Numbered from the whole stretch's first letter, positions 20,106 through 30,310 are shown. The stretch is 60,605 nt of DNA, filler included, from a candidate division TA06 bacterium SM23_40 (GCA_001303705.1; 7 parts of 7 records of this genome joined end to end with filler, not necessarily neighbours in it); one strand, 5' to 3'. A program made the numbers and translations. Notes: generated by a model not told the origin, from the sequence alone.

Positions 20106-20485
20106 TTACTTCAGGTAGACGAGCCTTCTGGACTCAGATCGGCCACCGACCTCAAGCCGATAGTAGTAGATCCCGGTCGCCACGCGCCTGCCGCCGTCGT
20201 CGAGGCCTCCCCAGACAGATCGATGCTCGCCGGGGACCCGGGGCCCCGCGACGAGTGTCGCCACCCGCTGACCGAGCAGATTATATATGGCCAAGCTGAC
20301 GTCGATGGGCGCCTCCCCGGTCCATTCGGACGGCGGCACAGTATAGGCAATCGTGGTGCTCAGGCCGAACGGATTAGGGTAGTTCTGTTCCAGAAGCAGC
20401 GGCCGGGGCGCAAGAGCGATCTCCGGCCCCCCGCCGTCGAGCATCAGCACATAGACTCCGAGACGATCGATCCCCACCCTCACCT
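20106..20485 (-). CDS. Secreted protein, C-terminal FlgD-Ig/T9SS type A-like domain (5' truncated by gap)
   Basis: LEQNYPNPF...LAIYNLLGQRVATL...WGGLDDGGRRVATGIYYYRL...RRLVYLK. Confidence 0.85.
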
Positions 20486-20585
20486 NNNNNNNNNNNNNNN
20501 NNNNNNNNNNNNNNNNNNNNNNNNNNNNNTTAATTAATTAANNNNNNNNNNNNNNNNNNNNNNNNNNNNNNNNNNNNNNNNNNNN
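20486..20585. other. Artificial contig linker
   Basis: 100-bp N run with central TTAATTAATTAA (stops in six frames). Confidence 0.98.
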
Positions 20586-20736
20586 GAGGTCGTCCAATCG
20601 GTGCTCCCCACGCGATCGGCACTGGAACCTCCAGACTGCGCTTCAGACGCAACTAACACGCCGCGCGCAGGCAATACGCTACGGACGTCCGCCACTCTAC
20701 TGCCAGTCCGCGCCCTCGCACCCAGCACCACACATC

Positions 20737-20946
20737 CTACTCTTTGACCGGCAAGACGTGGACAGCTTTGATCACGAGCTGAACCTCATCGCCTGTCTTG
20801 AGATCAAGATGCTCCACCGACTCATTCGTCAGCACAGACGCCATCTCGGCCGGGCCCGTGACATCAAACTTGACAAGCGACATCACCTGGCCGCTCTTCA
20901 CCGACTTCACCTTCGCCGTGATCTTGTTCCGTGCTCCGTACTTCAT
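20737..20946 (-). CDS. Molybdate/tungstate-binding Mop (TOBE domain) protein
   Basis: 69 aa, MKYGARNK...SVLTNESVEHLDLKTGDEV...IKA; GGAGGA RBS. Confidence 0.9.
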   Translation of the reverse strand: MKYGARNKITAKVKSVKSGQVMSLVKFDVTGPAEMASVLTNESVEHLDLKTGDEVQLVIKAVHVLPVKE

Positions 20947-21103
20947 CGATCCTCCTCCCTTCTCTGCCTCAGGTGAGTCGCCAGTCTTTCGGTACCAGCC
21001 GCTCGACTGCCATCAGACAGGTGTACACACCCCACTCTGCAGGGATTCGAACGACGCGGCTGAAGGACGTTTCTACGAGTCCGAGGCTCGCCACGACCGG
21101 ATT

Positions 21104-21556
21104 CTACTCGGGGAGCTTCCCCAGCATGCCCCGGATCCACCGGTGCACCCGATGGAGAAAGCCCACAGGTTCGGCGAACATCAGTATGCACTCGCCGTGC
21201 ACGACATTCATGCCCTGCTCTCGGCAGAATTCGATGGCCGTATCAGATTCGGCTCCCTGCTGGATCCAGATATGGCGGATCCCGGCCCGAGCAGCGTCCT
21301 CCACGATCTTCTCTGTTTCAGAAGGCGGAACTACGATCACCACTCCCTGTACAGGATCCGGTAATGCATTGAGGTTGTGGTAGCATGGGTCGCCCTCGAC
21401 TGTCTCCGCGTTGGGGTTCACCGCGAACACCCGGTAGCCTTTGGTCTTGAGGTCTCTGTACACTGAGTTCCCGAACTTCTTACGTGTGCCCGAGACCCCG
21501 GCCACAGCCAGCTCCCGCTGGGCCAGGAAACCTTCGACTGCGTCCTTCGTACACAT
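21104..21556 (-). CDS. CoA-binding protein (YccU-like)
   Basis: AVAGVS..KKFG, VFAVNP, VIVVPP, IWIQQGAES, GECILMF; start taken at MCTKD. Confidence 0.9.
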   Translation of the reverse strand: MCTKDAVEGFLAQRELAVAGVSGTRKKFGNSVYRDLKTKGYRVFAVNPNAETVEGDPCYHNLNALPDPVQGVVIVVPPSETEKIVEDAARAGIRHIWIQQGAESDTAIEFCREQGMNVVHGECILMFAEPVGFLHRVHRWIRGMLGKLPE

Positions 21557-21696
21557 CCCCCCTGTTCCCTCCGCGCTGATCCCCTTACCGTCAGTCCGTG
21601 GGCGCAGCAGGGGAAGGCCCCTCATGTACGAAGACACCAGAGAGGCACGCTTCTCGCCCGCCTCCGGACGTGCGTCGACCCCGCCACGGATTTCCC

Positions 21697-21732
21697 GCAG
21701 CATAATCCGGAAATGCAGCATAATCCGGAAAT
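21697..21732. repeat. Perfect 18-bp tandem duplication overlapping a -10 element
   Basis: GCAGCATAATCCGGAAAT at 21697 and 21715. Confidence 0.9.
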
Positions 21733-21745
21733 CGACTCTCGTCAA
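21717..21745 (-). promoter_or_regulatory. Putative sigma70 promoter for the CoA-binding gene
   Basis: Minus strand TTGACG, 17-bp spacer, TATGCT. Confidence 0.65.
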
Positions 21746-21981
21746 GCTCCCTTGCCGCCAGCCGTTGGCTCAGAGTGGGGATATGCGGTTCCCGGGAGCT
21801 GGACACGTCCTGCCTGGTGGACATGTCCCCTCTCGCACGGTGGTGGCCGGCGGCCACAGAATCGCACTCCGGGTCCCCTGCCAGAAGCCGACAGGGGATC
21901 CTGACCGGCATCGGTCGATACTGAAGAGCCGGCAGCAGTTCAACGCCAGCAGCAGCTCAGCGCCAGGAAGGTCAGCACCAC

Positions 21982-22014
21982 AAACAAACACGAGCGCCTC
22001 GAAGAGAGGCGCTC
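21982..22014 (-). terminator. Intrinsic terminator after the beta-helix gene
   Basis: Minus strand GAGCGCCTC-TCTTC-GAGGCGCTC followed by GTGTTTGTTT. Confidence 0.75.
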
Positions 22015-22107
22015 AGTATGTTTGAGTCTCCGGAGTGGCAGCTCCGGTATGGTGCATGCAGGAAGATGCGTATTTAGCCGTCTCCTCCTTCCAGCACTCC
22101 CGCCATA

Positions 22108-23457
22108 CTATGGCTCCACCACCCACAACCTGAAGGTGTCGATATCATAGAGCGTATTGGGCGGTACGCCGATCCTCGCCCGATACTGGTACAGCCCGGG
22201 TTCCGCAATGAGCGGCACCTCGTGAGTGATCAGCTGCTGCCCCCAGGCGTGGGGCCACAGGGTATACCGATCGGGACCCATCACAGTCCTGGTATGCGTA
22301 TTCGGGAGAATCGCCTCGCTGAGCGCCCAGTATGTCACAGGGAACGACCACCGATTGATCGCGGTATAGGTGACCTCGAGTGTGCCGCCCGGCGCGACCT
22401 CGGTGTTCATGGGCGTCAGATACAGAGTCACGTAGTCTTCCTGATCGAAGTAGTGGGCTCCCATATCGCTCCGCGTGCTATCAGGGTCAAGCGAGTCTGG
22501 ATGACCCGTGTCGACACAGGGCGAGTCCCAGATGAGGCGGTAGTCCCCCATCTCGGCCAGCACGAACATCGGATCCTCGTCGATGTTGCCCACACCCCAG
22601 TGCAACACACAGCCAGGCGGGACATAGATCGCGCCTGCTCCGCCCTCGAGGTCCGAATAACGGACGACAAGAGCACTCCCGTCTGCCATTGAGATCTCGT
22701 ACCCTATGCCCGCACTATCTCCCCGGAGGATGCAGTTGGTGACCGACATAGTCGAGCCTTTGCAGTATATGGCGCCGCCTTCGAACTCCGCCGTATTCCC
22801 GAGCATCGTATTCCCGAGAACGGCCACGGAGGCATTGTTGGTGCTAATCCCGCCGCCGTACGCAGCCGTATTCGCCAGTATCTCATTGCCCACGATGGCG
22901 GGTGAGGCGCCCGAACTGCAGTGGATGCCACCGCCGCGTCCGCCAGAGGCCATCGCCGAATTGCCGGTGAACACGTTCCCTGCGATAACGGGAGAAGCAT
23001 TCTGGCACAAGATCCCGCCGCCGCGGAAATCGGTGGCATTCGCGATGAATGTGTTACCGAAGATGGTGGGAGAAGACTGCCAGCACAGGATCCCGCCGCC
23101 GCTCTCCCATCCGTTTGTGATCGTGAACCCCTGCAGGACTGAAGCTGAGGTCTCTCCGGTGCCGAAGAAGAACCCCCGGTGGGGATCGAGCGAGTCACCC
23201 TCGCAATCGACAGTCGTTAGCTCGGGTCCGTTCTCAGACATCACGACGATCGCCTTGCCACTGAAGTCGATATCCCGGTTCCCGTCACCGGTGTAGGTAC
23301 CATCCGCCACGAGTACGGTATCACCATCGACTGCTGTGTCGATTCCTTCCTGGATGGTCCCGTACTCGCCTGGCACGTGCAGCACTGTCGCCGAGACACC
23401 ACCACACAGAACGAGAACCACAGCTGCACCCGCCAACGTCGTCAACCGTTTCATCAT
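22108..23457 (-). CDS. Secreted right-handed parallel beta-helix protein with shared C-terminal Ig-like domain
   Basis: Signal peptide MMKRLTTLAGAAVVLVLC; VPGEYGTIQEGID start; repeated GGGI-x-C and N-x-A strands; SPCVDTG...SDMGA cap; ~107-aa CTD at 22108-22431. Confidence 0.88.
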   Translation of the reverse strand: MMKRLTTLAGAAVVLVLCGGVSATVLHVPGEYGTIQEGIDTAVDGDTVLVADGTYTGDGNRDIDFSGKAIVVMSENGPELTTVDCEGDSLDPHRGFFFGTGETSASVLQGFTITNGWESGGGILCWQSSPTIFGNTFIANATDFRGGGILCQNASPVIAGNVFTGNSAMASGGRGGGIHCSSGASPAIVGNEILANTAAYGGGISTNNASVAVLGNTMLGNTAEFEGGAIYCKGSTMSVTNCILRGDSAGIGYEISMADGSALVVRYSDLEGGAGAIYVPPGCVLHWGVGNIDEDPMFVLAEMGDYRLIWDSPCVDTGHPDSLDPDSTRSDMGAHYFDQEDYVTLYLTPMNTEVAPGGTLEVTYTAINRWSFPVTYWALSEAILPNTHTRTVMGPDRYTLWPHAWGQQLITHEVPLIAEPGLYQYRARIGVPPNTLYDIDTFRLWVVEP

Positions 23458-23651
23458 GTCCTTCCCCCTCTCACTGCATTCACCTGTGATACAACTATGC
23501 TCGCCATGCACTTCCAGCCGCTGGCTGGCCACCAATAGACAGACCCGAGCATCTCAACTACTCAGGTCCAGAGGTCCGAGATGCACCCCACACAAACCCC
23601 CGGCAGCGGGGCATCCAGCCGCCGGCCGTGCTGCCCACAACCTACGTAGTC

Positions 23652-23680
23652 AGATTACACAATATGCTAACGAATGTCAA
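23652..23680 (-). promoter_or_regulatory. Putative sigma70 promoter for the beta-helix gene
   Basis: Minus strand T-tract, TTGACA, 17-bp spacer, TGn-TAATCT. Confidence 0.7.
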
Positions 23681-23818
23681 GAAAAAAAACCGCCTCCTCA
23701 GGCGATACTCCAGAACGCTCTACCCGGGCAGACAATTCCGGAAACGGCTGCAGCGGTCTAGCGCATCCCGCCCGGCGCGCCAGAACGCCCGATGGCGTCC
23801 TGTGGTCTCTCGGATGAG

Positions 23819-25021
23819 TCAGTACAGCAGATGCGGCTCACGGATCTCTGACCATTCATGTTCGTCCTTGCTCAACCGGTCATCAAGGTCAGAAGGCCCA
23901 GCACCCGGATCATCCACCCAGTCCCGCAGAAACGTCCCACCGCTCAGAAGGTCGATCGCCAATCGATCGGTCTCATACTCGTAATCGGATTCTCGCCATA
24001 GCTCATATTCGGGGTACTCCCGCCGGATGCTCTTGAGCAGGAGAGCGGCAAGTCGATATGGCCGGAACTGCTCGTGTCGGTACGAGGCAGTGTCAGTGTG
24101 GATTTGAATCCCAGAACATAGCTTCCCGGCGTGCTTGTGGAACGTCGGCTCGAAATAGCATCGCCTGAGGGAACACCCGGCCAGCCACTGTGGCGCCATA
24201 GAGCTCATCCGCTTCACCATCGAGTCGAAATCGATATCCGGCGCCCCCACAACTTCCAGGGACATAGTGGTGCCCCGGCCCTCCGACAGCGTGGTGCCCT
24301 CGAACAAGACCGTGCCAGGATAGCACCGTGCCATATTGAGGCTCGAGGCATTGGGACTGGGATTCACCCAGGAAAGCTCGAAAGCGGGCCAGCCGAATCC
24401 AGGAGCTGAGTCAGGCTCGTACCCGGTCATCCGGACAACGTTCAGATCCACGTCAAGATCCTCATGGGCGACGAACCATTCGGCGAGCTCCCCGAAGGTG
24501 AGGCCGTGTCTCATGATGAGCGGCGCCGCTCCTACATAACTCTCCCAGCCTCTCTCGAGGATCGTCCCCTCAATGGGTCGTCCGATGGGATTAGGACGAT
24601 CCAGAATCCAGACGCTTTTCCCCTGTTCGGCACAGGCCTCGAGGACGTAAGTGAGTGTTGTCACGTACGTGTAGACCCGGGTCCCCAGGTCCTGGAGATC
24701 AACGATAAGAACATCAAACGTCTCCATCATCTCGGCGGTGGGCCGCCTCACTTCACCGTACAGGCTGAAGACAGGAATACCGTAGTGCGGATCATCGTAA
24801 TCGTTTGATTCGATCATATTGTCCTGTTTGTCGCCGCGCATTCCATGCTGTGGGCCAAAAGCGGAGACTACACGGACTCCCGGACAATCCATCAGTGCGT
24901 TGAGAGTGTGATGACATTCACTCGTCACAGAAGCGGCATGCCCCAGAAGAGCGAGCCGCCGCTCCTTGAGTCCTGTCCGAATCGCTGAATCCTGCAGGAA
25001 CCGGTCAATTCCCAAGTTCAT
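23819..25021 (-). CDS. DUF1343 / NamZ-family exo-beta-N-acetylmuramidase
   Basis: FGPQHG, PVFSLYG, DLQDLGTRVYTY, LDRPNPIG, PSPN, EGTTLSEGRGT. Confidence 0.92.
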   Translation of the reverse strand: MNLGIDRFLQDSAIRTGLKERRLALLGHAASVTSECHHTLNALMDCPGVRVVSAFGPQHGMRGDKQDNMIESNDYDDPHYGIPVFSLYGEVRRPTAEMMETFDVLIVDLQDLGTRVYTYVTTLTYVLEACAEQGKSVWILDRPNPIGRPIEGTILERGWESYVGAAPLIMRHGLTFGELAEWFVAHEDLDVDLNVVRMTGYEPDSAPGFGWPAFELSWVNPSPNASSLNMARCYPGTVLFEGTTLSEGRGTTMSLEVVGAPDIDFDSMVKRMSSMAPQWLAGCSLRRCYFEPTFHKHAGKLCSGIQIHTDTASYRHEQFRPYRLAALLLKSIRREYPEYELWRESDYEYETDRLAIDLLSGGTFLRDWVDDPGAGPSDLDDRLSKDEHEWSEIREPHLLY

Positions 25022-25080
25022 GGCGCCCTCGACGATTGGCGTGTCAGGATGGGCAAAGGGCGGCCGTGCCGCCGCGGCCC

Positions 25081-25656
25081 TCAATGCTCTGGGTCTGCGT
25101 CAGCTTCTTGCTGATCTGCGCTGTCTTCTTCCTCGCCGATTCGCTCGCCAAGCCGGTAGTAGTTGAAGTCGCCGCCGGTGGCCCACAGAATCGGGTGTAC
25201 CTTCCTCATGTCGAGCTTGCCGTCCACTACGCACTCCGGGTCGGCATATGACTTAATGACTCTCCCAATGATCCCTTCGTTTTGACCGTAGTCGAGAATC
25301 TCAGCCACTTCACACTCCATATTGATATGGCACTCCCGGATCATCGGAGCAGTCTCCAGCTCTCCCAAAAACGTCTCAAAAAGCGTCCCCTTGTCGACAT
25401 CCCGACCAGACTTCGTCCCGCATATTTCCACTTCAGCCAGGAGATTCTCCGAGGGGATATTCACGCTGAATGTTCGGTTCTCCTGGATTCCGATCCTTGT
25501 GTAACGCTTCTTGTACAGACTGAAGAAAACGTACCTCCCGAAGTCAAATGGCGAAATATACCCAATTACGAGGTAATTCGGGCGCCCACCGACCATCGCC
25601 CCCACCAGAACCACTGGCAGGGGACTCAACAGATTCGCCTCGAGCTCCTGCTTCAT
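25081..25656 (-). CDS. Flavin reductase family protein (flavoredoxin-like)
   Basis: PLPVVLVG, FSVNIP, CGTKSGRDVDK, APMIREC..NMEC. Confidence 0.9.
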   Translation of the reverse strand: MKQELEANLLSPLPVVLVGAMVGGRPNYLVIGYISPFDFGRYVFFSLYKKRYTRIGIQENRTFSVNIPSENLLAEVEICGTKSGRDVDKGTLFETFLGELETAPMIRECHINMECEVAEILDYGQNEGIIGRVIKSYADPECVVDGKLDMRKVHPILWATGGDFNYYRLGERIGEEEDSADQQEADADPEH

Positions 25657-25873
25657 CGTTCCTCCCCGTCAGCGATTGAATGCGCACGAATCGACTGATA
25701 GGCATCGCCGGACATATGCAGACTTGCCAGAACATCCGAAACGCCGCGACGTGAGCGGCACAGATGCGTCCAGGCGCGAGGCGGCCCGGGCCAGCCCCTG
25801 ACCGAGAGGGAATCGGCGCGTCACCTGCCTTCGCAGCGGGAATGACATCCGGACGGTCACCTGAGGAGGCTCG

Positions 25874-26401
25874 TCACGAGATGGGCATGAAACGCTTAAT
25901 GAGTTCTTCGATTCGTGCAAGGTGATGGTCGTCATGCTCCGCCTGAAAGTACATCATATCACAGAGACGCATGGGTTTCTTCAACCGCGGGTGCATGGCT
26001 GACTTGCCAAAGGCCTCGGGTTCTAGTTTCTCGAGACCGGCCACGAAAGCTTCCCGCTGCTCCTGAAATCGGGTGAGTATCTCACTGAGGTCCGCCTCAT
26101 TGTACCGTGCTTCTGTGGTCCTTCGACCAGTCATATCAGCCGGCCGCAGAATCTTGGCCCCGCTTTCATAATCGTCCAGCCGTCCGATGAACAGGGAATC
26201 GACGTCGAGAAGATGCCCCGCATTTTCCTGAATCGACCAGCTCTCGCCATCAGGACGCACGAGCACGTCCCCGGGAAGAGAACTGACGAGCTCCTCCAGT
26301 CGAGACGGCGTGAGGCGGAGCCGCCCGATGAGCTCAGGGTAGACCGTCTCCGGGAAATCGAACGCGAACTCCCTCTCCACCCACTTTTTCTTTTCGCTCA
26401 C
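25874..26401 (-). CDS. DinB/YfiT-family metal-dependent protein
   Basis: WSIQENAGHL and EHDDHHL His triad; AAGGAGGA RBS before GTG 26401. Confidence 0.88.
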   Translation of the reverse strand: MSEKKKWVEREFAFDFPETVYPELIGRLRLTPSRLEELVSSLPGDVLVRPDGESWSIQENAGHLLDVDSLFIGRLDDYESGAKILRPADMTGRRTTEARYNEADLSEILTRFQEQREAFVAGLEKLEPEAFGKSAMHPRLKKPMRLCDMMYFQAEHDDHHLARIEELIKRFMPIS

Positions 26402-26637
26402 TGCGACATCCTCCTTGAACGTCCTGCGCACCGCCCTGTCACGACCCGGTCTGGATTTCGCCTGCCGCGGGCTTGACGGCCCTAACCTCAGGATCTTACC
26501 TCGACCAGGCGAGAATGACCCCGATATCCGGACTTCATCACAACTCCGCCAGTCACGTGGATGCGCTGGCCAGACAGGTCGGTGAGCCGACTATTCTTGC
26601 CTCGGTCCACATCCGATCTTCGATTCTACTCCTGCTA

Positions 26638-27699
26638 CTATAGAAGCTTCAACATCGCTGTTGCGTTTGCGTTCTCGGGATTCAGCTCCAGTGATTTCTC
26701 ATAGTTCTCGATCGCGAGTGCCCTCTCGCCATTCTTCATAAAGGCCTCGCCCAGGCTATCGTAGACGTTGAACGATTCAGGGAAGATCTCTGCATTCAGC
26801 CTGAATATCTCGATCGCATCGCCTATCCGGTCCAGCCCGAGCAACTGATATCCCAGCCTGTTGAGCTCCCCTTCGTCGAACGCGTACTTATCCGGGTAGT
26901 CTGCTTTCAGCTCATGATATCGTTGAATCGCCGCCTCGAGACCCTCACGGTGGGTTGTCTGCAGCAACACCTCCGCAATCGATCCCCTGGGGAGAGCATA
27001 CTCCCTATTATGGAGTATGTCCCAGATGGTAAACGCCAGCTGGCCCTTATGAATGCCCGGCATATTGCATAGCTGGATGACCGTCTTATCGGCTGTGATG
27101 TCCCTGAGAATGAACGTCCGGAATCCCACCCAACCACCACCATGAGCTACGATCACCCCATTCTCAACCGGAATAACCGACCACCCGAACCCGTACTCAA
27201 CTCTGCTTGAGTCACTCAGCACCGCCGGAGTAAATGCTTCGTCAAGCGTAGGTCTACTCACAAGCTTCTCGGTATACAAGGCCCGATCCCATTTGAACAT
27301 ATCCCCCGTGGTCGAATAGATGCCGCCGCTGCCCGCTATACCGTTCTGATAATGGTCGTCATCTGGCAGATATTCCGTGCCGTCGACACTCAACTCGAAT
27401 CCGTAGGCACGATGAGGCATTGCCTGGTTCTTGAGAGGGCTGTACACAAGCGTACGATCCATTCCCAACGGATCGAATATGTTAGTCTTCATGAACGCAT
27501 CAAACTCCATTCCTGATACTCCCTCGACGATCTCAGCCAACAGCAGATAGCCGATGTTGCAGTATTGGTGCCGTTCACCAGCCCGGAACAGAACGGGCGG
27601 ATGGTGCTTCACTAACAGATCGTAGACATCCTTGTTGGTGATTACTTTTCTTTCCGGTCTCCCGATATTGGCCGTGTCCCAGTTCTGCTCAACAAGATC
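26638..27699 (-). CDS. Serine hydrolase (beta-lactamase family) with C-terminal TPR (5' truncated by gap)
   Basis: YCN (YxN), IFDPLGM, GSGGIYST, YGFGW, HGGGW; TPR tail NVYDSLGEA...YEKSLELNP. Confidence 0.9.
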   Translation of the reverse strand, partial: DLVEQNWDTANIGRPERKVITNKDVYDLLVKHHPPVLFRAGERHQYCNIGYLLLAEIVEGVSGMEFDAFMKTNIFDPLGMDRTLVYSPLKNQAMPHRAYGFELSVDGTEYLPDDDHYQNGIAGSGGIYSTTGDMFKWDRALYTEKLVSRPTLDEAFTPAVLSDSSRVEYGFGWSVIPVENGVIVAHGGGWVGFRTFILRDITADKTVIQLCNMPGIHKGQLAFTIWDILHNREYALPRGSIAEVLLQTTHREGLEAAIQRYHELKADYPDKYAFDEGELNRLGYQLLGLDRIGDAIEIFRLNAEIFPESFNVYDSLGEAFMKNGERALAIENYEKSLELNPENANATAMLKLL

Positions 27700-27799
27700 N
27701 NNNNNNNNNNNNNNNNNNNNNNNNNNNNNNNNNNNNNNNNNNNTTAATTAATTAANNNNNNNNNNNNNNNNNNNNNNNNNNNNNNNNNNNNNNNNNNNN
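27700..27799. other. Artificial contig linker
   Basis: N run with TTAATTAATTAA. Confidence 0.98.
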
Positions 27800-27947
27800 A
27801 GACCCGGCCGTCATGCGCCAACGCCCGCAGGCGTGGTCGGTCGCCGAAGTTCGCAAATATCTCGATCGATGGATCGGCACAGGGATTGGTTTCGGGATCG
27901 TATCGGCCGAGCCCCAGACCATCGATGAAGACCATCACTACCCGCAT
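27800..27947 (-). CDS. Metalloenzyme (alkaline phosphatase/phosphoglycerate mutase superfamily), N-terminus only
   Basis: MRVVMVFIDGLGLG...NP; overlaps the end of the upstream HAD gene; cut by the gap. Confidence 0.65.
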
Positions 27948-28681
27948 CGGTCGATGTCTCCCTCCTGCGCCTTCCCCTCCGGCCGACCGGAGATGGCGGA
28001 GACGAATCCCTCGACATCCTCAAGGCTGGAGAACAGGTGATCCGGCCCGCACTCGGCCAGGCGTTCAGCAGGTACCGTTCCCGTTGCGACCGCCACCGCA
28101 ACTGCGCCGTTGGTCCGGGCACAGCGGATATCCTCGGGCGTATCCCCGACGACCACGATCTGTTCCGGCGCGAAGCATATTCCCAGACGATCTTTCGCTC
28201 TGGCCCGCGCGATCGGCAGCAGCCGCCCCCGGTCCGCGTCATCATCTCCGAACGCTCCGATCGAGAAATAGCGATTCAGGTCGAAGACCCCGAGCTTCAG
28301 GCGAGCAGCCGGCTCGATGTTGCCGGTGAGCAGCCCGAGGCTGACCCACCGTTCAGCAGCCAGCCGCCCAAGCAACTCCCCCACCCCCGGAAGGAGCCGC
28401 AGGCGCGCCCGCCCTTCGCCTGCCAGTTCTGCGCGCAACAGCACGATATAGCGCTCGAACACCTCGGCCAGATGTGCCCGGGCGTCCGCGGCTCCCACCC
28501 CGCTCAGCTCGAGCAACCCCTGCACGATCTGCGGATCTGTCTTGCCGGCGAATCTATATCCATCGGACGAGATGCGACGTCCGAATACCGCCTCGATCGC
28601 GTGCAGAAAAACCCGCTTGCTCACCAATCCCGATCGCAACAGCGTTCCATCGATATCGAAAAGTACAAGTCGCTCGTTCAC
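27938..28681 (-). CDS. HAD-superfamily hydrolase
   Basis: Motif I LFDIDGTL, GKTD, LLTGN, VGDTPEDI. Confidence 0.92.
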   Translation of the reverse strand: MNERLVLFDIDGTLLRSGLVSKRVFLHAIEAVFGRRISSDGYRFAGKTDPQIVQGLLELSGVGAADARAHLAEVFERYIVLLRAELAGEGRARLRLLPGVGELLGRLAAERWVSLGLLTGNIEPAARLKLGVFDLNRYFSIGAFGDDDADRGRLLPIARARAKDRLGICFAPEQIVVVGDTPEDIRCARTNGAVAVAVATGTVPAERLAECGPDHLFSSLEDVEGFVSAISGRPEGKAQEGDIDRCG

Positions 28682-29198
28682 CTATCGCCTCTCCGTGTAC
28701 ACGTAGCAGTTCCACCGCTGCCATCACCTGATATTGTAGCAGGCAACCGCCCCACCCGCAAGTGCATTCTCATAAGCCGTTATGGGAATGATGGATACTG
28801 ATCTCAGCCCTTATCGAGATCTGCGGCCGGAAGGTGAAGAAGATTGGGCATCAGCCCAGGGTTTCGCCGAGGTTTATGGGTCGGAGTATAGGACAAGGCT
28901 GGATGCGAACGCTGGGTGCCTGAACGTCTCGCCGTTGAACCGAACGAGAGACTCGGACGCCGACCCCGGGTCTTGTGGAGGCCTCCAGGTCGGAGCATTG
29001 GAGAAGCGTGGAAATCATCCGCGGGGATTATGGAGCTGCCCCAGTTAGAGCAGGGGACAAGGTCGGATCCCAGGCCCGAGGGCACGTGGGACTCTCACGC
29101 TCGGCACGAGAGAAAACGCTGGACTCCGGTCTCAGATTGGCGGTGGCCTACCCGTCAGAGGATGGAGAGACGGGGAAGAACGGGGACGCAACAGCCCG

Positions 29199-29765
29199 TC
29201 ACAGCCCGAGCTCGTCGCTTACCTCCTGCATGGCCCCTATGCTCAGATCGAGAAACTCATCGAGCTCCAGGCCCAATTTCGCGTGCTCGGCGATGCGCTC
29301 GCGGCTCACGGCACGGGCGAAGTCCTTCGTTTTCATCTTCTTCTTCACTGACTTGGGCTTCATACCCTCGATGCGCTTATCAGGACGCACGAGGGCAGTG
29401 GCCACGATCATCCCCGTGACGGTCTCCGCGCAGGTGAGCCCGATCTCGAGCGGCGTTGCCCTCTCGAATCCGATATGCTCGGCGTTATGTCCCTTGATCC
29501 CCCTGATCACCCGCTCGTCAATGTTCATCTGCGACAGAATATCGGCAGTCAAGAGCGTGTGGCGTTCCGGCGTATCCTTCGTCGATTCGAAGTCGAGGTC
29601 GTGGAGCAGCCCGACCAGCCCCCACAACTCCACGTCCTCCCCCAGCCTCTCCGCCAGCCGGCGCATGATCGCCTCCGTGGCGATCGAGTGCTTGATGAGC
29701 GTGTCGGCCTTGAGATGCTGCCGAAGCAGGTCGAGCGCTTCTGTACGCGAGAGCCCTCCCTCCAT
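29199..29765 (-). CDS. HDIG-domain metal-dependent phosphohydrolase
   Basis: KHSIATEAIM, GLLHDLD, GHN, KKMKTKDFARAVSRE. Confidence 0.9.
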   Translation of the reverse strand: MEGGLSRTEALDLLRQHLKADTLIKHSIATEAIMRRLAERLGEDVELWGLVGLLHDLDFESTKDTPERHTLLTADILSQMNIDERVIRGIKGHNAEHIGFERATPLEIGLTCAETVTGMIVATALVRPDKRIEGMKPKSVKKKMKTKDFARAVSRERIAEHAKLGLELDEFLDLSIGAMQEVSDELGL

Positions 29766-29819
29766 GTTCGCTCCTTTCCTTGATCATCTCGGGGCATGCG
29801 GCCATGCCCTGTGACGCCG

Positions 29820-30095
29820 TCAATCGGCCAGCCGGGTGATCTCGAACACCACCGGATTATCGGGATCGGGGCAACAGACATGAGCAACACCCTTCTCTTC
29901 CTCCCATGGGAGATCGCCACCGAACCGCACGGTAGCGATGAAGGGCAGAATGGTGGCGAGCGCCCAACTGCAGAATCCGGCGGGAAACTCCCCACCCATG
30001 ACGAATTCGTCCCCCACCTTTAGGCCGTACGGACACACGCCTCTCTCCAAGATCTTCACTACCTTTATCCGCACGCGCCGTTCGTCTTCAGCCAC
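29820..30095 (-). CDS. TIGR04076-family small Cys-containing protein
   Basis: G-x-CPYGLKVGDEF...FCSWA...CCPDPDNPVVFEI. Confidence 0.85.
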   Translation of the reverse strand: MAEDERRVRIKVVKILERGVCPYGLKVGDEFVMGGEFPAGFCSWALATILPFIATVRFGGDLPWEEEKGVAHVCCPDPDNPVVFEITRLAD

Positions 30096-30220
30096 TGCCT
30101 TCCTCCACGTTGCTGTGGGTGAACTCCTCGCCTCGCTCTCGGTAGGCCACGCACTGCGGTCTCGATCGTATGCGTGCCTCGCACCGCTCAGACCACTCGA
30201 TTTCGCTCTCGGCGGACCAC

Positions 30221-30310
30221 TCAGTTCACCCTGACTGCACTGCTCACTTCACTCTGCTGGATCAGTCTATTCACTCGTGCTCGATTATTCAGTTCACCCG
30301 GCTCGCCCAC
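30221..30310. repeat. Degenerate 22-23-bp tandem array overlapping the ogt stop codon
   Basis: TCAGTTCACC / TCACTTCACT / TCTATTCACT / TCAGTTCACC at 30221, 30244, 30266 and 30289. Confidence 0.6.

Noticed and set aside
20486-20585. TTAATTAATTAA within N runs (six occurrences) as a biological repeat
   Set aside because: Identical 100-bp artificial joiner. Adjacency across these gaps has no biological meaning, so I made no cross-gap operon claims.
28782-29190. Short + strand ORFs between the HAD and HDIG genes
   Set aside because: No convincing RBS, motif or coding-like composition; left unannotated.
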